12,733 nt of DNA from a candidate division WOR-3 bacterium (GTDB lineage Bacteria; Hydrothermota; Tepidihabitantia; SM23-42; JAOAFX01). Each line of letters begins with the position of its first letter. The first letter of the stretch is position 1. Below are positions 1 through 7,374 of this stretch, one piece after another. The notes beneath the pieces are model-generated. The model was not told the origin of the DNA. It worked only from the letters and a program-made list of their open reading frames with translations, and searched no databases. Made by a program: the position numbers and the translations under genes. The stretch is taken from positions 1-12,733 of the forward strand of contig JBBILZ010000063.1 of the NCBI GenBank assembly GCA_037444665.1. Reading direction: 5' to 3'.

Positions 1-1055
1 AGTAATATCGCCAATCCAATAGAAGGAAAATACAAAAACCTTTCCGCAACGGGTACTCCTGATAATGGAAAGATATTTATTACCGGCAACAATCCAATAC
101 AAAACCAGAGACCACCAAACTTAATTTGCCATGCCTTTGCTACCCGTACAATAATAAAAATTATTATGGCTAAAACAACAAAAGAGGTAATCAGGTTAAA
201 GAATTGTCCACTACTCATAACAAATTCATAATGGCGTGCATTTAGATTAAAAGGAAAAAATAGAAGTTGTAAATAAAAAATAATTAATCGTGGTATATTT
301 ATAATCCGAATCAAAAAAGGTGTGGTTACTACCGGAGATTCAGGAATCAGTTTCTCAAGCAATACCGCCCGCATAATTATATAGCTGATAACAGAACCAC
401 CAATAAACAATAACCCGTTCAAAAAGTGTACTTTCCATTGTTTACGCGGAATTTTTGCAATAACAACCAAAACAAATATTAAAACCAATACAAATGCAAC
501 TTCCTTAGACAGTAGTGCCAGCAACGCGAAAACATAACATAACAACAATCGTAATAATAATGGGAGCTTCTCTACAAAAAAATATATTATAAGACTTAAT
601 AGTATAAATAGTGTTGTTAGAATATCCATTCTGCCGCTGATAAAGACAACATTTTCAACATGAACTGCAAATGTAGCAAATAAAATGGAAATTAAAATTG
701 CCTGCGTAAAACCAAATAGTTGATGACAAAAATAAACAAGGCAGACAATCACAAGAAGATGAAGTATAAAGTTTGTTAGATGGAAACCAAAGGCATTCTT
801 TTGCCAGAGCAAATAATCAAAGGCAAAAGATATAATGGATAAGGGACGATAATAACCATAATCTTCACCAAATATTTTCAATGACTGTCCGAAAATTTCC
901 AATATGTTTTCGGAATTCTGAACAAGGGGATTTTGTAGAATCAGCGAGCGGTCATCCCAGATAAAATCGCCTGTAAGGCCGTGTGCGTAAAGAATTATAT
1001 TGAGGATAATGGGTATACCATAATAAACAATACTATACTTCGGTCTGTGCTTCAT
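1..1055 (-). CDS. TMTC-like (GT-C fold) membrane glycosyltransferase / putative protein O-mannosyltransferase; partial, 3' end runs off the window
   Basis: Absent from the ORF track. Manual translation from ATG at 1055 gives MKHRPKYSIVYYGIPIILNIILYAHGLTGDFIWDDRSLILQNP...YYRPLSIISFAFDYLLWQKNAFGFHLTNFILH...HVENVVFISGRMDI...ALLSKE...VAERFLYFPSIG. The FxWDD, YRP, HxxN, SKE and ERFLYxPS motifs and many TM segments typify TMTC-type GT-C proteins. Confidence 0.85.
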   Translation of the reverse strand, partial: MKHRPKYSIVYYGIPIILNIILYAHGLTGDFIWDDRSLILQNPLVQNSENILEIFGQSLKIFGEDYGYYRPLSIISFAFDYLLWQKNAFGFHLTNFILHLLVIVCLVYFCHQLFGFTQAILISILFATFAVHVENVVFISGRMDILTTLFILLSLIIYFFVEKLPLLLRLLLCYVFALLALLSKEVAFVLVLIFVLVVIAKIPRKQWKVHFLNGLLFIGGSVISYIIMRAVLLEKLIPESPVVTTPFLIRIINIPRLIIFYLQLLFFPFNLNARHYEFVMSSGQFFNLITSFVVLAIIIFIIVRVAKAWQIKFGGLWFCIGLLPVINIFPLSGVPVAERFLYFPSIGLAIL

Positions 1056-1061
1056 TATTTT

Positions 1062-1089
1062 ATTATATACACTAACAGAATACAGTCAA
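1062..1089 (-). promoter_or_regulatory. sigma70-type promoter TTGACT-N16-TATAAT for the GT-C gene (probably leaderless)
   Basis: -35 at 1089-1084, -10 at 1067-1062, ATG 6 nt downstream, no Shine-Dalgarno. Confidence 0.75.
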
Positions 1090-1173
1090 TGTTTTTGCAA
1101 GACTAATTTTCTATAACAGAATTCCTGAATGAACAACTATGACTTACTGCTTTTTATTTTTTATTTTAAAAAA

Positions 1174-1464
1174 TCAATAATTTCTCGGTCTCTTTCCCCT
1201 CATTGGTCTTCTACCTTTATCAACTCTGGGGCGTGCTTCATTTATATTCATTGGTCTACCCTTTAAAACCGAACCATTTAACCCCTGTATTGCTGCCTTC
1301 GCTTCATTATTACTGGGCATTTCTACAAATCCGAATCCCCGTGATTCGCCGGTAAACTTATCCTTGATGACCACCGCAGATAGAACCTGCCCAAAAGCCT
1401 CAAATGTTTTGCGTAGGTCTTCATCTGTGACATCTCGTGAGAGATTTCCCACATATATATTCAT
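1174..1464 (-). CDS. RRM (RNP-1/RNP-2) single-domain RNA-binding protein, 96 aa
   Basis: MNIYVGNL (RNP-2) and RGFGFVEM (RNP-1) with a basic tail. Start moved from 1512 to ATG 1464, which has AGGAGG at 1475-1470. Confidence 0.95.
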   Translation of the reverse strand: MNIYVGNLSRDVTDEDLRKTFEAFGQVLSAVVIKDKFTGESRGFGFVEMPSNNEAKAAIQGLNGSVLKGRPMNINEARPRVDKGRRPMRGKRPRNY

Positions 1465-1491
1465 TATGACCTCCTTTAGGTCGTATGTATA

Positions 1492-1519
1492 ATTATCCAC
1501 AAATGCAGGCAAAAGTCAA
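1492..1519 (-). promoter_or_regulatory. promoter TTGACT-N16-GATAAT for the RRM gene
   Basis: -35 at 1519-1514, -10 at 1497-1492, followed by a short leader containing AGGAGG. Confidence 0.65.
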
Positions 1520-1542
1520 TAACCAATTCTTTTAAATTTACA

Positions 1543-2097
1543 TCAAGATTGGCTTAATATTTTTACCAGATAGTCATATTCAATATTCACGAATGAACCA
1601 GTTTTAAGATTACCGAGTGTCGTATGTTGCAAGGTTTGCGGAATTAAAAATACAGAAAAGATATTATGCGATATATGTCCAATAGTAAGACTCACACCAT
1701 CAATTGCAATTGAACCCCTGGGTATTAAATATTTTTTATTTACATCAGAAATTTGAAAATAATATTCATTTGCCTTGATGCGTATTACTCTGCCTACTTC
1801 ATCAATGTGTCCCAGAACAATGTGACCGCCAATGCGGTCGGTCAATTTAAGGGCACGCTCAAGATTAACATTATCCCCTGATTTCCATTTATTAAGGGTG
1901 GTTCTTCCTTTTGTCTGTTCCATTGCTTCAACTGTAAATCCGTTTTTAAAAACACCAGTCACTGTAAGACAAATACCCTGGATTGCAATACTATCGCCGA
2001 TTTTATTTTCCAGTGAAGACTGGATATCAATCTTTTGAACCCTTCCTTTTAAAATTTTTAAGATTTTACCTTTTTCTTCAATTATTCCTGTAAACAT
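1543..2097 (-). CDS. ribE: riboflavin synthase (alpha chain)
   Basis: Canonical N-terminal MFTGIIEE at ATG 2097 with GGAGG at 2111-2107; motifs GDSIAIQGICLTV, VNLERAL, GGHIVLGHID, GSIAIDGVSLT. Overlaps the ribD stop by 20 bp. Confidence 0.96.
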   Translation of the reverse strand: MFTGIIEEKGKILKILKGRVQKIDIQSSLENKIGDSIAIQGICLTVTGVFKNGFTVEAMEQTKGRTTLNKWKSGDNVNLERALKLTDRIGGHIVLGHIDEVGRVIRIKANEYYFQISDVNKKYLIPRGSIAIDGVSLTIGHISHNIFSVFLIPQTLQHTTLGNLKTGSFVNIEYDYLVKILSQS

Positions 2098-3133
2098 ATA
2101 ATTTATCCTCCCCAAACTCTACTGCCTGTAATTGTGTAAGGTCTATGTTATTCTCTTTCAAGAAATCTATTCCTGTATTGACTGATTGTGGAGCAACAAA
2201 AATGTATAATTCTTCATACATCTTTTTGGTTAAAAGTTGCGAAACGAGAATGCCTCCACCTTCAACCAGAATAGAGCTGATATTCATCTGCCCGAGTAGT
2301 TCAAAGATAGTTTTAATCTGATAATAATCTCCGCACAGAAAAACCATTTCAATACCGGCATTCTGTAAACTGCGAATCTTCTTTATATTTTCCTTTTCGC
2401 TCGTGATAATAATACGGCGTGCATCTTCCTTTAAAAAATTTGCCGTCATAGGAATTTTTAAGTGCGGGTCAATGACAACACGCGCCGGGTTATGTCTGCC
2501 TACCAAACGGTCTGTAAGATAAGGGTCATCTTTGAGCACTGTATTAATACCAACTAATACCGCATCAACCTGTCCTCTCAGTGAGTGGACAAACCTGAGG
2601 GATTTTTCGCTGGTAATGTATTTTTGCGGAAATCCTGTTATCCTGCCATCCTGCGAAACTGCTATCTTTACAATAGTATATGGCATTCTGGTTGTAATAT
2701 GTTTAGTATAAAACCGATTTAATTCCTGCGCCTGTTTTTCTAAGATTCCCACTGAAACATTGATGCTGTGCTCCATTAAAAATTTTACGCCCTGTCTATT
2801 TACTGCAGGGTTAGGGTCATACATACCAATGACGACCCTTTTAACCTTTGCTTTTACAATTGCGTCAACACAGGGTGGAGTTCTGCCAGTACAGGGGCAT
2901 GGTTCAAGGTTCACAAAAAGTGTTGAGCCTTGAGCTCTATAACCTGCCTCTATAAGTGCAACAACCTCAGCATGTGCTTCGCCTATTTTCCGATGGAAAC
3001 CACGGCCTATAATCTGATTATTTTTCACAACCACAGCACCGACCAGTGGATTGATACTGGTCCTTGACCAACCCTTGGTTGCCAGGCTCAATGCCTCCTG
3101 CATAAATCTTTCATCAAAATTTTGGAAATCCAT
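2078..3133 (-). CDS. ribD: bifunctional diaminohydroxyphosphoribosylaminopyrimidine deaminase / 5-amino-6-(5-phosphoribosylamino)uracil reductase
   Basis: NPLVGAVVV, HAE, LEPCxxxGRTPPC zinc motif, DPNP, VGINTVLKDDPYLT and VEGG. Start moved from 3154 to ATG 3133 (MDFQNFDERFMQEAL) because 3154 lies inside the promoter spacer. Confidence 0.96.
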   Translation of the reverse strand: MDFQNFDERFMQEALSLATKGWSRTSINPLVGAVVVKNNQIIGRGFHRKIGEAHAEVVALIEAGYRAQGSTLFVNLEPCPCTGRTPPCVDAIVKAKVKRVVIGMYDPNPAVNRQGVKFLMEHSINVSVGILEKQAQELNRFYTKHITTRMPYTIVKIAVSQDGRITGFPQKYITSEKSLRFVHSLRGQVDAVLVGINTVLKDDPYLTDRLVGRHNPARVVIDPHLKIPMTANFLKEDARRIIITSEKENIKKIRSLQNAGIEMVFLCGDYYQIKTIFELLGQMNISSILVEGGGILVSQLLTKKMYEELYIFVAPQSVNTGIDFLKENNIDLTQLQAVEFGEDKLYVYRNN

Positions 3134-3143
3134 AATTAAAATG

Positions 3144-3171
3144 ATTATAACCATAGGACAATGGATGTCAA
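3144..3171 (-). promoter_or_regulatory. promoter TTGACA-N16-TATAAT for ribD-ribE
   Basis: Both hexamers are perfect consensus (-35 at 3171-3166, -10 at 3149-3144); ATG is 10 nt downstream with no SD. Confidence 0.8.
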
Positions 3172-3184
3172 GAAAAATCAGGAC

Positions 3185-3212
3185 TTGACAATAAAAATAA
3201 TTTATTTAAAAT
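3185..3212 (+). promoter_or_regulatory. promoter TTGACA-N16-TAAAAT for the lgt-like gene (probably leaderless)
   Basis: -35 at 3185-3190, -10 at 3207-3212, ATG at 3219, no SD; back-to-back with the ribD promoter. Confidence 0.7.
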
Positions 3213-3218
3213 TATAAT

Positions 3219-4859
3219 ATGGAAACCATATTTTGCATTGCTCCAGCAAAATTTATATATGTATACCCAACATTCTATCTTATTGCGGTCTATACTGGTC
3301 TTATCATTGTATTCTTTGAAATCTATCGCAAAAGATTGCCCTTGTCTCCAATGCTTGTGATACTGGTCTGGGGTTTAATATTTGCGATTATTGGCTCTAA
3401 ATTATTAACACTCTCAACTGATGAACTTTTGCATAACCTGAATAGACACACCATTCCAATAATTCATGAAAAAGTCTATTTAGGCTGGCTCATTGGTGGA
3501 ATGCTTGGAATAAAAATGTGGCGCAGGATAATGGGATTTAAAGATGACCTTTTTGATCTATTTGCCTTTGCCCTGCCCACAGGGTTTGCCCTGATGAGAA
3601 TTGGTTGTCTGTTTGGAGGATGTTGCTTTGGCAAAATATGTGAACTTCCCTGGTCAATTACCTATGCACAAAACTCTCCAGCATATAATCTCCATCTTCA
3701 CAATGGCAAAATCCAACCAGAATCAATAACATCATTACCTGTCCATCCTTCCCAGATATATGAAATCATTGCGATGATATTGATAATCATAACTTTATTT
3801 TATGTTAAAAAATATCTAAAAAGGCCAGGAAGCCTTGGTTATACATATCTTCTGCTCCATGCTACATTTAGATTTATTATAGATTTTACAAAAGAGGGTG
3901 GAACATATCTCTATGGGCTAAAGTTAATGCAATGGTTCTTGCTAATTGTAATCCCTGCCTGCACATTATTCCTGTTCTTACGAGAACGCCATTATAAACC
4001 AATCTTACATCCTGCCCCGAATGACTCGTTTGTTAAAAGTTTTGCCTTTTTTTTACCCTGCCTTATTTTTCTGTTATTACCTTCTAACTGGCTAACACCT
4101 GCAGAGTTTAAAGTTCTTTTATTGTTCATTATACTTGTTGGCATCAATTTTATAATTCGCTGTATTTCATCTCTTTCCCATCAATACAAAATTTTTTACA
4201 GAATTCCCGTTGCTCTCGCAAGTATAACAGTCCTTGAATCAAGTCTTGATACTACAGTAACAAAAGATACACTAAAAAATATCTTTTATGTAGAAATTGA
4301 TGGCGGATATATGAAAGGTTCTTATGTTGAAATCTGCGGTGGCGTTTACCCCTATAGCGCAGGAGGAATAAGCCTTAGTGGATTTTACCAGGATCCATAC
4401 AATACAATATTCGGAATAAATATCAAGGGCTTCAAAATCCCAGAATGGGAAGATTATGCTCTGGCAGAGAATTTTATTCTAAATCACCGCTTTTTTTGCC
4501 TTGACCTCGGTGCAGGGCATATAATACAGGGAGCTGGTGATTACAGGGATATAGAATCATATCCAAGTTTGGGTTTTAGATTAGGACCGCGCGATATTGT
4601 ATTTATTGAGGGTGAGTTTTTGAAGCACAAGCCAGCAGATTTACCCTCACCCGTTATCAAATTAGGCATTGGCTTTGGCACGGGTAAAATAAATGAGACC
4701 AGTGTGCACATTGGAATCTCTGAAGCAGGTTTTTATGTCAATCCAGTTCTTTACTGGATGAATAATAGGCTGAAGATAAGTCCTTTCTTTTTATTAGGTA
4801 GTCCAGAAAGTTATCAATTGAATCTGGTTCTTGGCTACAGATACTATTTTAAAAATTGA
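3219..4859 (+). CDS. prolipoprotein diacylglyceryl transferase (Lgt)-family protein fused to a C-terminal putative beta-barrel domain
   Basis: Residues ~1-255 carry Lgt-type motifs RIGCLFGGCCFG, LPWSITY, PVHPSQIYE and RFIIDF. Two extra TM helices follow, then ~200 aa of Gly/aromatic amphipathic strands ending YQLNLVLGYRYYFKN. Confidence 0.8.
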   Translation: METIFCIAPAKFIYVYPTFYLIAVYTGLIIVFFEIYRKRLPLSPMLVILVWGLIFAIIGSKLLTLSTDELLHNLNRHTIPIIHEKVYLGWLIGGMLGIKMWRRIMGFKDDLFDLFAFALPTGFALMRIGCLFGGCCFGKICELPWSITYAQNSPAYNLHLHNGKIQPESITSLPVHPSQIYEIIAMILIIITLFYVKKYLKRPGSLGYTYLLLHATFRFIIDFTKEGGTYLYGLKLMQWFLLIVIPACTLFLFLRERHYKPILHPAPNDSFVKSFAFFLPCLIFLLLPSNWLTPAEFKVLLLFIILVGINFIIRCISSLSHQYKIFYRIPVALASITVLESSLDTTVTKDTLKNIFYVEIDGGYMKGSYVEICGGVYPYSAGGISLSGFYQDPYNTIFGINIKGFKIPEWEDYALAENFILNHRFFCLDLGAGHIIQGAGDYRDIESYPSLGFRLGPRDIVFIEGEFLKHKPADLPSPVIKLGIGFGTGKINETSVHIGISEAGFYVNPVLYWMNNRLKISPFFLLGSPESYQLNLVLGYRYYFKN

Positions 4860-4926
4860 CCCACATATCACCTTCTTAAGTCTATTTAAACTGGTAATAA
4901 GGTGGGTTACTATTTGCTGATTTTTA

Positions 4927-4954
4927 TTGACTAAACCACATTCTAAGATATAAT
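4927..4954 (+). promoter_or_regulatory. promoter TTGACT-N16-TATAAT for thrC-DUF401 (probably leaderless)
   Basis: -35 at 4927-4932, -10 at 4949-4954, ATG at 4962 (7 nt gap), no SD. Confidence 0.75.
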
Positions 4955-4961
4955 ACAGACT

Positions 4962-6071
4962 ATGTCTACATTAATCTGCCGAGATTGCAACAAAGAATAT
5001 GATTTGAATAAACCTATCTGGCGATGTGTCTGTGGTGGCTTTCTTGATTTAGATATTACTGCACAATTCTCATTTAAAAAACTTAAAAAAAGACCATTTA
5101 CAATGTGGCGCTACAGAGAAATGTTACCTGTGCAAAATGATAAAAATATTGTTAGTCTGAATGAAGGATATACACCATTGGTTGAAATGCAATTTTCTGG
5201 TAAGAAAGTTCTATTTAAGCAGGATAATCTATTTCCCACTGGTTCCTTCAAAGACCGTGGTGCTTCAGTTCTTGTAAGTAAAATAAAAGAATTGGGTATA
5301 AAAAAAGTATTGATTGATTCATCAGGTAATGCAGGTTGTGCAGTATCTGCTTATTGTGCCCGCGCAGGAATTGAATGTATTGTCCTTGTGCCTGAACGCA
5401 CAAGCGAAGAAAAACTCATACAGATTAAAAATTATGGTGCAAAACTCTTTGTTGTTCAGGGCACAAGGGATGAAACTGCCCAGGTAGCATTAAAAATGGC
5501 AGAAAAGATTTATTATGCAAGCCACTATTACAACCCTTTTTTCTTTCATGGCACAAAAACATTTGCCTATGAGATTTGTGAACAACTTGGCTGGAAAGAA
5601 CCTGATACAGTTGTGCTTCCGCTCGGAAATGGTAGCCTCTTGCTTGGCGCATATATTGGATTTGACGAACTTTTCAAACAAAAAATTATTAAAAAGATTC
5701 CTAAGTTTATTGGTGTCCAAGCAAAGAATTGCGCGCCACTATTTTTTATGTTGAATAAAAAATTTGGCAGATTTATAAATCCTCCTGTAAAACCGACGAT
5801 TGCTGAAGGCATTGCCATTGGCAGACCACCCAGGGCAAAACAGATAATTGAAATTATTAGAAAAACAAATGGAACAATAATTACTGTTTCTGATTCAGAA
5901 ATTATCAAGGCACTGAAACAAATCTATCAAATGGGAATCTATATTGAGCCCACCTCAGGAGCATGCGTAGCAGGTGTAAAAAAATATCTAAATATAGCAA
6001 ATAAAAAAGAATTGATTGTTTCAACATTTACCGGGCACGGCTTAAAATCGCATAAAAAGATATGGGCTTGA
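4962..6071 (+). CDS. thrC: threonine synthase-like PLP-dependent enzyme (fold type II)
   Basis: N-terminal CxxC...CxCGG, SLNEGYTPL, PLP-lysine motif FPTGSFKDRG, SSGNAG, PLGNGS, TIAEGI, EPTSG and TGHGLK. Confidence 0.88.
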   Translation: MSTLICRDCNKEYDLNKPIWRCVCGGFLDLDITAQFSFKKLKKRPFTMWRYREMLPVQNDKNIVSLNEGYTPLVEMQFSGKKVLFKQDNLFPTGSFKDRGASVLVSKIKELGIKKVLIDSSGNAGCAVSAYCARAGIECIVLVPERTSEEKLIQIKNYGAKLFVVQGTRDETAQVALKMAEKIYYASHYYNPFFFHGTKTFAYEICEQLGWKEPDTVVLPLGNGSLLLGAYIGFDELFKQKIIKKIPKFIGVQAKNCAPLFFMLNKKFGRFINPPVKPTIAEGIAIGRPPRAKQIIEIIRKTNGTIITVSDSEIIKALKQIYQMGIYIEPTSGACVAGVKKYLNIANKKELIVSTFTGHGLKSHKKIWA

Positions 6072-7246
6072 TAATCATCGGATTTGTTCTCGCATTTATA
6101 GTAATTGTCAGCATTGGACAAAAAAATTTACCATTAGCACTTTTTTGCGGTGCGATAATCCTCGGATTGTTCACAATTCCACCACTAAATATCCTTAAGA
6201 CCTTTCTTGACACAATTGCTGATATGAGTGTTGTGCTCCTTATGTTTGTTGTATTTTTCATTCCTATGATTGGTGGGGTAATGCGTGATAGTGGACAGAT
6301 GGACAATATTGTGCAAAATCTGCGTATTGGCAGAAAAGGAATTATGGCTATTTCTCCGGCGATTATGGGTCTCTTACCAATGCCAGGTGGTGCCCTGTTT
6401 TCTGCTCCGATTATGGAAAAGAGCGGTGAAGGGATAAATGATGACCTGAAAGTAGCAATAAATATATGGTATCGCCATCTTCTAATTCTTATCTATCCAT
6501 TGAGTTCAGACTTGATTGCTACTACCAAAATTGCAGGATTGAATCTATATGGAGCAATAGCCCACCTGTTCCCGACCCTGATAATTGCAACAATTTTGGG
6601 ACAGATATTTATGCTCAGCAAAGTCCAGGGCAAAATTGAATACAGAGACACTTTTTCAATAAAAAACCTCCTTATCCCCCTTTTCATTATTCTGATTGCA
6701 CCGATTATTGATTTTATTTTCAGACTTACTGGTATATTTCCGATTAAAGAGACAGGCACACTTATCGGTGTGATGACTGGCTTTATGCTTTCTCTTATTT
6801 TTAGCCCTACACGCATCAACTTAATAGATGTTTTCAACAAGATGAAACCTTATAAATTTTCTCTTATCCTGCTCGGGATCTTCTTCTTTTTAAATATTTT
6901 CAAGATCTCAGGGGTGGATAGAATCATTGCTGCAGTTCCAATTCCACCACTGGTTCTGTGCATTATTGGTGGATTTATCCTTGGCGCAGGCACGGGCAGG
7001 GTATTATTGCCTTCTTCTATCATCTTTCCAATTTTTTTAATTTCCAATAATCCAACCCTTTTTGATTTTGCCCTGATCTATACAAGTATCTTTTTTGGCT
7101 ATGTAATCTCGCCAGTTCATCCCTGCATTATTGTAACCTGTGAATATTTTTCTAAAGATTTAAAAGGTGCTTTAAAAATTATGTTTGCACCAGCAATGAT
7201 AATGTTTGGCATAGTTTTATTAATTTCTCTTTTGAAAACTTTGTAG
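6062..7246 (+). CDS. DUF401-like polytopic membrane protein (putative transporter)
   Basis: 394 aa, highly hydrophobic, with GLLPMPGGALFSAP, NIWYRH and SPVHPC motifs that I recognise from the DUF401 family. Start overlaps the thrC end by 10 bp. Confidence 0.75.
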   Translation: MGLIIIGFVLAFIVIVSIGQKNLPLALFCGAIILGLFTIPPLNILKTFLDTIADMSVVLLMFVVFFIPMIGGVMRDSGQMDNIVQNLRIGRKGIMAISPAIMGLLPMPGGALFSAPIMEKSGEGINDDLKVAINIWYRHLLILIYPLSSDLIATTKIAGLNLYGAIAHLFPTLIIATILGQIFMLSKVQGKIEYRDTFSIKNLLIPLFIILIAPIIDFIFRLTGIFPIKETGTLIGVMTGFMLSLIFSPTRINLIDVFNKMKPYKFSLILLGIFFFLNIFKISGVDRIIAAVPIPPLVLCIIGGFILGAGTGRVLLPSSIIFPIFLISNNPTLFDFALIYTSIFFGYVISPVHPCIIVTCEYFSKDLKGALKIMFAPAMIMFGIVLLISLLKTL

Positions 7247-7326
7247 TATTTCTGAACACCATTAAATTTGTAAATGCAATGTTGTAGCATCTGCTCTGCA
7301 TAACTGAAATATTATTAACCATTCTA

Positions 7327-7354
7327 TTGACATTTAAATTTTTACAAATATAAT
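7327..7354 (+). promoter_or_regulatory. promoter TTGACA-N16-TATAAT for the 878-aa secreted protein
   Basis: Perfect hexamers at 7327-7332 and 7349-7354; weak SD AAGG at 7367-7370. Confidence 0.8.
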
Positions 7355-7374
7355 TTAATTATAAAAAAGGAAAT

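Noticed and set aside
1465..1512. N-terminal extensions given by the ORF track for the RRM protein (1512), RibE (2115) and RibD (3154)
   Set aside because: Downstream ATGs match the family N-termini and SD or promoter positions. The longer RRM and RibD starts lie inside promoter spacers.
1832..2038. 68-aa plus-strand ORF
   Set aside because: Antisense shadow of ribE with no recognisable motif.
3134..3218. FMN riboswitch upstream of ribD
   Set aside because: The 85-bp gap is fully taken up by two divergent promoters and has no RFN consensus.
5425..7047. Cluster of short alternative-frame and antisense ORFs over thrC and DUF401
   Set aside because: All overlap well-supported genes and lack motifs or expression signals.
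7247..7320. Possible terminator or small RNA between DUF401 and the 878-aa gene
   Set aside because: Only weak, short pairings; no GC stem with U-tract and no recognisable RNA family.
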